From an uncultured Clostridia bacterium (lineage in GTDB: Bacteria; Bacillota; Clostridia; UBA1381): DNA of 64,000 bases. The position numbers and the translations under genes are program-made. The notes under the pieces were generated by a model. That model saw only the letters and a list, made by a program, of their open reading frames with translations, was not told the origin of the DNA and ran no database searches. This document shows positions 41,329-50,382 of this stretch, piece after piece (within the stretch, counting starts at the first letter, position 1; every line of letters begins with the position of its first letter). The stretch spans positions 29,116-93,115 of the forward strand of contig CAKSRS010000002.1 in assembly GCA_934487205.1 (NCBI GenBank), in the 5' to 3' direction.

Positions 41329-43418
41329 AAGAACAGTCCTCCGATTTGATAGAATAATGCAGAAACCGTCCATGCTATTCCGAGCTGCAGCACTATGGCA
41401 AAAACGGTAAGCTTTGCCGAATTAAGTTCACGTTTCATTGTTGCAAGGCTTGCAATACATGGTATGTACAAAAGGCAAAACAACATCATTGAGTATGCGT
41501 TAAGAGCCGTAAATCCGCTCTTTACAAGCGTTTGGGAAAGCGCTGACATTCCCTCGGCAGATGAAATATTGCCAATCCCGTACAGCACAGCCATACTCGA
41601 AACAACAACCTCTTTCGCCGCTATACCTGAAATCAGCGCGACGATAATCTGCCAATATCCCAATCCCGCAGCCGACATTACCGGCACCAAAAATCTGCCG
41701 ATATTCGCGCCGAAACTTTGCGACATATCCGTTACACGTCCGGATATGCCGAAATTCAGAATAAACCAAAGGATTATAGACGCAAGAAAAATCGTTGTAC
41801 CCGCCTTGGTGAGATAATCTTTAATCTTATCCCAAACATAAATCGCAATCGTATGCGGATTAGGTGTTTTATATTCCGGCAATTCGATAAGCAAATCGTT
41901 TACGTTATGCTTTTTATCCGCCTTGGACATAACAAATGCAAGGAACAAAGCCATTCCAAACCCGATTAAATACATCGAATACGCCGCCCACATCGCATGT
42001 TTTGCAAAAAACATCTGCGACATCATAACATAAATCGGCAGACGTGCGCTGCATGACATAAACGGCGTTATCAAAACGGTGCGGACTCTGTCATGATGAT
42101 TTTCAAGCGCGCGCGACGCCATTACCGCCGGAACGGTGCAGCCGAATCCCAAAAGCATGGGGATAAACGCTCTGCCCGAAAGTCCGAGCCTGCCCATAAT
42201 CCCGTCCATAACATACGCCACACGCGACATGTATCCGCTGTCCTCTAAAAAAGCCAATGCCAAAAACAATATGAATATATTCGGCAAAAACGTCAGTATT
42301 CCGCCCACTCCCGCGATTATTCCGTCAACAATAAGCGATTTAACCGTTTCATGCACGGAAATTGCCGTCAAAAGCGACGTCACCCCCGCGGAAAAGCTTT
42401 CAAGCCAATTTTCAAAAAATCCTTTAAGCCAATCGCCTACGGTAAATGTCAGAAAGAATACCAGCGCCATTATTGCAAGGAAAATCGGAACGCCCCATAT
42501 ACGATGCGTCAAAACCGCATCAACTTTATCGGTAAAGGCGCTTTTTTCGTCCTTATTTACAAGCACCTCATCAATAATTTCCTGAATAAAATCATATTTT
42601 TCGCCGATTATCTGCGGCTCATAACTTTTATCCGCAATACCCGACAAATCGACCGGGTATTTTTCCATTATTTCCGCGTCTTGCTCCAAAAGCTTTATGG
42701 CATGCCAGCGGTAATTTTTCATCCCCGGATATTTTCGTTTTAGTATCGCCACAATATAATCAAGTTTTTCCTCAATTTCATCGGAGTAAACCATAACATA
42801 CCGGTGGTGCTTTGAGTGCAGTTTTATGCTTGAGTTAAAGCTGCGCTCCGCCGCCTCCGCATCATCCGCCGATTCGTAGCGCGGCATCTCATGATGGTGG
42901 TGCTCCGTTAAATCATGCGGACGCCCCGCATGATGCTCCGCCGCATGCATCAGGATATCAAGCCCCGTGCGCTTGCGGGCGCTTACCGGAACAACCGGTA
43001 TCCCGAGCATTTCCGGCAGACGGTGCATATCGATTTCCATTCCGCGCTCCTCTACAATATCCATCATGTTCAGCGCAAGCACAACCGGCTTGCCCAGCTC
43101 AATCAACTGCAGCGTAAGATACAGATTTCGCTCAAGACTCGACGCGTCCGCCACGTCGATTATTACGTCCACATCTTCCCCCATGACATATTCGCGCGAT
43201 AATTTTTCTTCCATAGTATACGATGTCAGCGAATATATCCCCGGCAAATCCACCAGCTTAAAGGTATTACCCTTATACTTCATATGTCCTTCAATTTTCT
43301 CTACAGTAACGCCCGGCCAGTTAGCAACCTTCAGATTTGCCCCTGTATATGCGTTAAAAAGCGTCGTCTTTCCGCAATTCGGATTGCCGATAAACGCTAT
43401 GTTCAAATCTTTCATCAT
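41325..43418 (-). CDS. feoB: Ferrous iron transporter FeoB
   Basis: 697 aa. The G-domain reads GNPNCGKTTLFN..DLPG.YSL, followed by a polytopic membrane domain. Confidence 0.95.
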   Translation of the reverse strand: MMKDLNIAFIGNPNCGKTTLFNAYTGANLKVANWPGVTVEKIEGHMKYKGNTFKLVDLPGIYSLTSYTMEEKLSREYVMGEDVDVIIDVADASSLERNLYLTLQLIELGKPVVLALNMMDIVEERGMEIDMHRLPEMLGIPVVPVSARKRTGLDILMHAAEHHAGRPHDLTEHHHHEMPRYESADDAEAAERSFNSSIKLHSKHHRYVMVYSDEIEEKLDYIVAILKRKYPGMKNYRWHAIKLLEQDAEIMEKYPVDLSGIADKSYEPQIIGEKYDFIQEIIDEVLVNKDEKSAFTDKVDAVLTHRIWGVPIFLAIMALVFFLTFTVGDWLKGFFENWLESFSAGVTSLLTAISVHETVKSLIVDGIIAGVGGILTFLPNIFILFLALAFLEDSGYMSRVAYVMDGIMGRLGLSGRAFIPMLLGFGCTVPAVMASRALENHHDRVRTVLITPFMSCSARLPIYVMMSQMFFAKHAMWAAYSMYLIGFGMALFLAFVMSKADKKHNVNDLLIELPEYKTPNPHTIAIYVWDKIKDYLTKAGTTIFLASIILWFILNFGISGRVTDMSQSFGANIGRFLVPVMSAAGLGYWQIIVALISGIAAKEVVVSSMAVLYGIGNISSAEGMSALSQTLVKSGFTALNAYSMMLFCLLYIPCIASLATMKRELNSAKLTVFAIVLQLGIAWTVSALFYQIGGLFF

Positions 43419-43639
43419 TTACCTTCCTTCACAAAAATTCCGTCACAAAAACCGCGCCCCAATGCAAACCTTGTGCCGCGTATTTTTATAATCATCGGAC
43501 CGCTGCGCTTTTTATTCAGCACGCAAATCGGAGTGCCGTGCGTCATACCGAGCATCTGAAGCCGGCGCGCTGTCTTTTCATTCAACTCTATACTGTCCGT
43601 AATATATGTATTTCCCTTAATTCCTTCCGATAATTTCAT
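43415..43639 (-). CDS. feoA: FeoA-family iron transport protein
   Basis: The start is taken at ATG 43639 (GGAAGGGA RBS). RRLQMLGMTHGTPICVL..GPMIIKIRGTRFALGR is a FeoA SH3-like domain. Confidence 0.85.
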   Translation of the reverse strand: MKLSEGIKGNTYITDSIELNEKTARRLQMLGMTHGTPICVLNKKRSGPMIIKIRGTRFALGRGFCDGIFVKEGK

Positions 43640-43822
43640 ACTTTCATTCCCTTCCGTATATACTCTACCATTATTCCGATAAAATGTCAATGAAAAATTG
43701 TTTATATGATTATTAAAATTTATGTTTAATTTTGGTATAAATGACAAATCATAAAATCGGCAATATAATTGACAAAACCGCAAATTTGTTGTAATATATA
43801 AGATAGGAAAGGTGGTATCGGT

Positions 43823-45547
43823 ATGAAAATTTTGTATGTCGCATCAGAGGCCGCGCCCTTTGTCAAAACGGGCGGATTGGGTGATGTAGCCGGGTCGCTG
43901 CCCGTTACGCTGAAGGAAAAAGGCGCGGACTGCCGCGTAATTCTTCCGCTTTATCGCTGCATCGACCAAAAATACAGGGATATGATGACTTATATCAATC
44001 ATATCTACATTGACGTCGGCTGGCGCAAGCAGTATTGCGGCGTGTTTTCTATGGAGTACAGAGGTACTACATACTATTTTGTAGACAATGAATATTATTT
44101 CGGCGGCGACAAGCCGTATGACTACATTCATCTTGACTGTGAAAAATTTATATTTTTCTCGAAGGCGGTTCTGTCGCTTTTGCCTACGCTGGACTTCCGT
44201 CCCGACGTAATCAACTGCAACGACTGGCAGACAGCGCCCGTTCCTGTCTTTTTGGATACGTTTTACGACAACCCCTTCTACCGTGGAATAAAAACTGTTA
44301 TGACTATCCACAATCTGAAATTCCAGGGACGCTGGAATTTGGATAAAATCAAGGACGCCATGGGTATCGGCAACTACTACTTTACCGATGATAAGCTTGA
44401 ATATTACAAGGACGCAAACCTCTTAAAGGGCGGACTTGTATATGCAAACAAAATTACAACCGTTTCGGAACGCTACGCACAGGAAATCACCACCCCCGAC
44501 TACGGCGAGGGTCTTGACGGACTTTTATCCGCCCGCCGCGGCGATTTATGTGGCATAGTCAACGGAATTTCCGACGACTGGAATCCCGAAACCGACAAAA
44601 TGATAAGCAAAAATTATTCTGCAAAGACTCTTGCCGACAAAAAAATAAACAAAACCGAACTGCAAAAGGAATTAAATCTGCCCGTCGATGAAAATAAATT
44701 CATGGTGGGAATTGTGTCGCGCCTGACCGACCAAAAGGGTTTTGACCTCATTGCATACGCAATGGAGCGCCTTTGCGAGGGCGGATATCAGGTGGTTGTT
44801 CTCGGCACGGGCGAGGAAAATTACGAGAATATGTTCCGCCACTATGCGTGGAAATATCCCGACCGCGTTTCGGCGAACATCTACTTCTCAAACGAGCTGT
44901 CGCACAAGATTTATGCGGCATGCGACGCATTTTTGATGCCGTCGCGGTTTGAACCGTGCGGTCTTTCGCAGCTGATTTCCATGCGCTACGGCACTCTGCC
45001 AATCGTACGCGAGACGGGCGGCCTTGCCGACACCGTTGCGCCGTACAACGAATACACAGGCGAAGGAACGGGATTTTCCTTCTCTGCATATAATGCAGAG
45101 GATATGATGCATGTCGTCGACTACGCAATGCGCACTTTTTACGACAACCGCGCAGCTTGGGATAAGCTGGTTCAAAGCGCCATGAGCAGGGATTTCTCCT
45201 GGGGCGTATCGGCGGACAAATATCTTGCATTATATGAAGAGATAACCGGTATTCCGGCAAAAAAGCCGGCGGAAACACCTGCGGCAGCACCGAAAAGTGT
45301 ACCGCGCCGCAAAAAGTCAGAAAATTTCGCCAAAAAAATCGCGCGCGACACCGCCGCGGCGGAAAGCACATGGGCGGCGGAAACTGCGTCCAAAGACGGG
45401 AAGGTTCTCTCCGAGCAGACCGACGCTCAGCGCGCCGAAAAGCTTGAACGAACAAAAGCGGAAATTGAAAAATCCGCGCCCAAACCCGCAAAAACGGCAA
45501 AAAAACCGGCAAAAAAATCACAAAAGAAACCGAAAAAAAATAAATAA
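43823..45547 (+). CDS. glgA: Glycogen synthase with an about 100-aa Lys/Ala/Pro-rich C-terminal extension
   Basis: MKILYVASEAAPFVKTGGLGDV and PSRFEPCGLSQL motifs. The tail from about 45239 reads PAKKPAETPAAAPK...KPAKTAKKPAKKSQKKPKKNK. Confidence 0.93.
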   Translation: MKILYVASEAAPFVKTGGLGDVAGSLPVTLKEKGADCRVILPLYRCIDQKYRDMMTYINHIYIDVGWRKQYCGVFSMEYRGTTYYFVDNEYYFGGDKPYDYIHLDCEKFIFFSKAVLSLLPTLDFRPDVINCNDWQTAPVPVFLDTFYDNPFYRGIKTVMTIHNLKFQGRWNLDKIKDAMGIGNYYFTDDKLEYYKDANLLKGGLVYANKITTVSERYAQEITTPDYGEGLDGLLSARRGDLCGIVNGISDDWNPETDKMISKNYSAKTLADKKINKTELQKELNLPVDENKFMVGIVSRLTDQKGFDLIAYAMERLCEGGYQVVVLGTGEENYENMFRHYAWKYPDRVSANIYFSNELSHKIYAACDAFLMPSRFEPCGLSQLISMRYGTLPIVRETGGLADTVAPYNEYTGEGTGFSFSAYNAEDMMHVVDYAMRTFYDNRAAWDKLVQSAMSRDFSWGVSADKYLALYEEITGIPAKKPAETPAAAPKSVPRRKKSENFAKKIARDTAAAESTWAAETASKDGKVLSEQTDAQRAEKLERTKAEIEKSAPKPAKTAKKPAKKSQKKPKKNK

Positions 45548-45568
45548 TGCGAAAGGAATTATTCGTAA

Positions 45569-48025
45569 ATGGAAAAAGTCAAATTAAATTCTAAAGAAAC
45601 GGAATTAAGGAACGAGATTGAGGGAAAAATTGCCCGCCATTTCGGAAAAACCCTTGAGGACGCAACCCCGAAAATGGTGTACACCGCATGCGCACTGACC
45701 GCGCGCGACCAGATTATGGCGCGCTGGGCGGTTTCGCACAAGGAAGTTAAAAAGGAAAGCTCAAAAAAGCTTTACTATCTGTCATTCGAATTTTTGATGG
45801 GCAGACTGCTCGCCACAAACATACTTAACCTTATGCAGACAAAAACATATGTAAATGCGCTTAAATCCTTAGGTTATGAGCTATCCGACATAGTGGAGCT
45901 CGAAAACGACGCAGGTCTCGGCAACGGCGGTCTCGGACGTTTGGCGGCATGCTTTATGGACTCGCTCACAACAATGGATTTGCCCGCATACGGCTGTACA
46001 ATCCGCTATGAATACGGACTTTTCCGCCAGAAAATCGTTGACGGATACCAGACGGAACTCCCCGACACATGGCTGGAAAACGGCAACGCATGGGAAATCG
46101 CACGCCCCGAGGAATCGGTGACTGTAAGTTTCGGCGGCGAAATCCACACCGACTGGAGCGACGGACATTTTTCCTTCCGCTGCGAAAATGCACGCACAAT
46201 CATCGCTATGCCGTACGATGTGCCGCTTGTTGGTTATGATTCAAAAATCGTAAATAAGCTGCGCCTTTGGTCGGCAAAAGCGCCCGATGTTATGAACATG
46301 CAGGAGTTTAACAGCGGAAATTATATCCGCTCGACCGAGGAAAAGCAGCTCGCCGAGCTGATTTCCAAGGTGCTTTATCCCGAAGACAACCACACCGAGG
46401 GTAAAGAGCTGCGCTTAAAGCAGCAGTATTTCCTCGTTTCGGCAACGCTGCAGTGGATTTTGAAGGAATACGAAACCCGCTACGGCTATGATTGGCATAA
46501 TCTGCCCGAAAAGGCGGTTATTCACATCAACGACACACACCCGACCCTCGCAATCCCCGAACTTATGCGCATTTTGCTTGACGAGAAGGGGCTCGGCTGG
46601 GACGAGGCGTGGGACATTACAAGAAGAACCTTCGCTTACACCAACCACACCGTAATGAGCGAAGCTCTCGAAAAATGGCCGCTTGACATGTTTAAGCGTA
46701 TTCTGCCGCGTATTTCCATGATTGTTGAGGAAATCAACCGCAGACTTATGGAAAATCTGCAGATGGTTTACCCCGACGACTACGGCAAGCAGAAATGGAT
46801 GGCGGTTATTTCGGATAATCAGGTATTTATGGCGAACCTGTGTCTTGCCACATGCTTTGCCGTAAACGGCGTTTCCAAGCTGCACACAAAAATTCTTACA
46901 AGCGATATTTTCGCTGACTATTACAGACTCGACAAATCGCGTTTCCATGCGATTACGAACGGAATTACCTTCCGCCGCTGGATTGCAAACTGCAACCCCG
47001 CGCTGACTGAATTGATTTCGACCAAAATCGGCAAGGACTGGATTAAGGATTACACGCAGCTGGCACGCCTTAAAGACTTCGCAGACGACAAGGAGTTTCA
47101 GGAAAAATTCGCAAAAATCAAGCACGAAAACAAGGTTAAGCTTGCCGAATATATTAAAGTTCACAACGGCATAGACATCGACCCGAACTCGATTTTTGAC
47201 GTTCAGGCAAAGCGTCTGCACGAATACAAGCGTCAGCTTTTGAACATTCTGCACATTCTTGCCGATTACAATATGCTCGTTGACAATCCAAACACCGAAT
47301 ATACGCCGAAAACCTACATCTTCGGCGCAAAGGCGGCGCCCGGATACAAGCGTGCAAAGCTTATCATCAAGCTGATAAATTCTGTCGGCAACATGATTAA
47401 CAACGACCCGCGCATTGAGGGCAAAATCAAGGTAGTATTCCTCGAAAACTACGGCGTTTCCATTGCGGAAAAGCTTGTCGTTGCGGCGGACGTTTCGGAG
47501 CAGATTTCAACGGCGGGCAAGGAGGCATCGGGCACGGGCAACATGAAATTCATGTTAAACGGCGCGGTTACATGCGGAACTCTTGACGGCGCAAACGTGG
47601 AAATGCTCGAACAGGTCGGCGAGGACAACATCTACATCTTCGGACTCAAAGCGGACGAAGTTGCGGCAAGACTTAAATACAACAATTCCGACGAGGTAAA
47701 GACGATTTACTCGACGAACAGCGTTTTAAGACGTGCGCTTGACCAGCTTATCTCGGGCGAGATTGAGCCGGAAAACACGCAAATCTTCCGCGACCTCTAT
47801 CAAACCCTTCTGTTCGGTGATTACGGATATCCCGACACATACATGGTTCTGCGCGATTTCGAGGCATACTGCCTGACGCAGGACAGAATTTCAAAGGACT
47901 ACAACAACAAGGCAAAATGGTGGCACATGGCTATTATGAACACCGCGTCATGCGGATACTTCTCGTCCGACCGCACAATTGCCGATTACAACAAGGAAAT
48001 CTGGCATCTTAAACCGATTAAATAA
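45569..48025 (+). CDS. glgP: Glycogen/maltodextrin phosphorylase
   Basis: 818 aa. It contains the EASGTGNMKFMLNG pyridoxal-phosphate site. Confidence 0.95.
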   Translation: MEKVKLNSKETELRNEIEGKIARHFGKTLEDATPKMVYTACALTARDQIMARWAVSHKEVKKESSKKLYYLSFEFLMGRLLATNILNLMQTKTYVNALKSLGYELSDIVELENDAGLGNGGLGRLAACFMDSLTTMDLPAYGCTIRYEYGLFRQKIVDGYQTELPDTWLENGNAWEIARPEESVTVSFGGEIHTDWSDGHFSFRCENARTIIAMPYDVPLVGYDSKIVNKLRLWSAKAPDVMNMQEFNSGNYIRSTEEKQLAELISKVLYPEDNHTEGKELRLKQQYFLVSATLQWILKEYETRYGYDWHNLPEKAVIHINDTHPTLAIPELMRILLDEKGLGWDEAWDITRRTFAYTNHTVMSEALEKWPLDMFKRILPRISMIVEEINRRLMENLQMVYPDDYGKQKWMAVISDNQVFMANLCLATCFAVNGVSKLHTKILTSDIFADYYRLDKSRFHAITNGITFRRWIANCNPALTELISTKIGKDWIKDYTQLARLKDFADDKEFQEKFAKIKHENKVKLAEYIKVHNGIDIDPNSIFDVQAKRLHEYKRQLLNILHILADYNMLVDNPNTEYTPKTYIFGAKAAPGYKRAKLIIKLINSVGNMINNDPRIEGKIKVVFLENYGVSIAEKLVVAADVSEQISTAGKEASGTGNMKFMLNGAVTCGTLDGANVEMLEQVGEDNIYIFGLKADEVAARLKYNNSDEVKTIYSTNSVLRRALDQLISGEIEPENTQIFRDLYQTLLFGDYGYPDTYMVLRDFEAYCLTQDRISKDYNNKAKWWHMAIMNTASCGYFSSDRTIADYNKEIWHLKPIK

Positions 48026-48111
48026 AAAAAACAGGGGTTGCGGCAAAATCAATTTTTTGCCGCAGCTCCTTACATTTTGCGGCTCTTTGCTGCGAAAAAC
48101 GGAGGAAGTAT

Positions 48112-50007
48112 ATGAAAATCGAGCATAATTCAAGAGAACTGCTCTACCGCAAGCCGTTCGGCGCGGTTACATGCGGTACGACGGTGCGGCTGAGGCTTGC
48201 GCTCACCGATTTCGGCATACCGTCGCACATACGCGTTGTGTATGAATCCGGCGACGTTTGCGAAACGGCGAACATGGCGTATGTTTTTGAAATTTCCGGC
48301 ACTTATGTGTATGAGGCGTCGCTTAAGATGCCGCACACCGCGGGACTTTTCTTTTATTACTTCGATATCGGCACGCACGCGGGCAGGGTATTTTACGGCA
48401 ATAACGCAAAATCCCTTGGCGGCGCAGGCGAAGTTTATGACGACGCGCCGGACAAAAAATTTCAGATAACCGTCTACGACAAGGCGTATGAAACGCCCGA
48501 ATGGTGGCGGACGGGCGTATGCTATCAGATATTCCCCGACCGCTTTGCGCGCGGGCAAAACGGCGGTTTTTTATCGGACAGAACCGATATTATCCGCCGC
48601 GAATGGGGCGACGAGCCGTTCTATAAAGCGGAGCAGTTCGGCGGGAAATACCTCGCCAACGATTTTTTCGGAGGCACTCTTGAAGGCATAAGCGAAAAAC
48701 TTCCTTATTTAAAGGATTTGGGGATTTCATGCATATATTTAAATCCGATTTTCAAGGCGTATTCGAACCACCGCTACGACACGGGCGATTACAAGGAAAT
48801 TGACCCCATGCTCGGCGATGAGGACGCATTTAAAAAGCTGTGTAAGTCGGCGGAAAAACTGGGTATACGCATAATTTTGGACGGCGTATTCAACCACACC
48901 GGCAGCGACAGCCGATACTTCAACAAGTACGGAAATTATGACAGCACGGGCGCGTATCAGTCGCAGCAATCGCCGTACTACGGCTGGTATCGGTTTAGCA
49001 AATTTCCCGACAAGTACGAAAGCTGGTGGGGAATCGACACCCTCCCGCAGGTTGAGGAGCATTGCGAGGATTTTCAAAACTACATTTTAAAAGACGACGA
49101 CGCAGTTATAAAAAAATGGCTTAAAAACGGCGCGTCCGGTTGGCGGCTTGACGTCGTGGACGAACTTCCGGACTTTTTCGTGAAAATTCTGCGCCGCGAA
49201 GTCAAGGCGGAAAATCCCGACGCGGTTATAATCGGCGAGGTTTGGGAGGACGCGTCCAACAAGGTTGCATACGGCGAACAGCGGCAGTATTTCATGGGCG
49301 CGGAACTGGATTCCGTCATGAACTACCCCCTCCGCAATGCGCTTATTGATTTTGTATGCGGAAACATCGGCGCGGCGGAGTTTGACAGCTGCATTATGAG
49401 CCTTAAGGAAAACTATCCGCACCCGTCGTTTTACGCGGCGATGAACTTTTTGTCAAGCCACGATGTTGAGCGCATTCTGACGGTAATGGGCGGCGAGAAC
49501 AAAACCGTCAAAGACGAGCAATCGGGCGCGCGTATTCCGTGGGAACACAGGCAGACGGCGGTTGACAAGCTCAAATGCATAATCACGATGCAGATGCTGC
49601 TGCCCGGTGTGCCGACGATTTTCTACGGCGACGAGGCGGGCGTCGAAGGCTATGCCGACCCGTTCTGCCGCTCATGCTACCCATGGGGGCACGAGGACGC
49701 CGAAATACTTGAATACTACAAAAAAAACATAGCCTTGCGCAATGAACACGACGAGTTCAAAATCGGCGAATTTGAAACCGTGTATAAAATCAACGGCGGT
49801 TACGGATTTGTGCGTACGACCAAAAACGGCGGATATGTTGTGCTTGTGAATACCGGCGGCGAAGACGTGTTCCGCCTGGACGCGGCGCGGTTCGGCATGT
49901 TCCGCCTTTGCGGCGTTTTCCACAACGAAAGCTATTCCTCCGACGACGGAATTTACTATATAAAAATGGAACAATATTCCGTGAAGGTCTTTGAAAGCGT
50001 AAAATAG
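48112..50007 (+). CDS. GH13 alpha-glycosidase (neopullulanase/cyclomaltodextrinase-like)
   Basis: DGVFNH, GWRLDVVDE, EVWE and FLSSHD match conserved GH13 regions I-IV. Confidence 0.88.
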   Translation: MKIEHNSRELLYRKPFGAVTCGTTVRLRLALTDFGIPSHIRVVYESGDVCETANMAYVFEISGTYVYEASLKMPHTAGLFFYYFDIGTHAGRVFYGNNAKSLGGAGEVYDDAPDKKFQITVYDKAYETPEWWRTGVCYQIFPDRFARGQNGGFLSDRTDIIRREWGDEPFYKAEQFGGKYLANDFFGGTLEGISEKLPYLKDLGISCIYLNPIFKAYSNHRYDTGDYKEIDPMLGDEDAFKKLCKSAEKLGIRIILDGVFNHTGSDSRYFNKYGNYDSTGAYQSQQSPYYGWYRFSKFPDKYESWWGIDTLPQVEEHCEDFQNYILKDDDAVIKKWLKNGASGWRLDVVDELPDFFVKILRREVKAENPDAVIIGEVWEDASNKVAYGEQRQYFMGAELDSVMNYPLRNALIDFVCGNIGAAEFDSCIMSLKENYPHPSFYAAMNFLSSHDVERILTVMGGENKTVKDEQSGARIPWEHRQTAVDKLKCIITMQMLLPGVPTIFYGDEAGVEGYADPFCRSCYPWGHEDAEILEYYKKNIALRNEHDEFKIGEFETVYKINGGYGFVRTTKNGGYVVLVNTGGEDVFRLDAARFGMFRLCGVFHNESYSSDDGIYYIKMEQYSVKVFESVK

Positions 50008-50382
50008 CGGCACATATCCGATAATTTTACCGACTGTTCAAAGCGGCGCTGTATGCGCCGCTCAGCGTGTCGATAAACTTATAGACACGCTGACAGACTT
50101 TGAAAAAGGAAGGTAAATCTGTTCGGCGTGTACTCGTCGGCGTACGATGGTACGTTAGAGTGCACGCCGGACGGAAACAAGCAATTACTTCCATACTATG
50201 AAAAAGCTTAAGAATATGGTTTGCTTGTGTTTGACCGACTTTTTCTACAGTCTGAGCGGCGCTGTATGCGCCGCTATTTTTTATTTCTGTCCTTATTTGG
50301 CTTTATTTTGTTTTATTATTGACTTTTTTATAGCGTTGTGATATCATGATTATAACATTTTTTACAAAAAGGAGCGAAACAA

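Noticed and set aside
43640-43783. N-terminal 48-residue extension of the feoA ORF.
   Set aside because: The extension is AT-rich and hydrophobic nonsense with no RBS. The internal ATG at 43639 has a good RBS and gives a canonical 74-aa FeoA.
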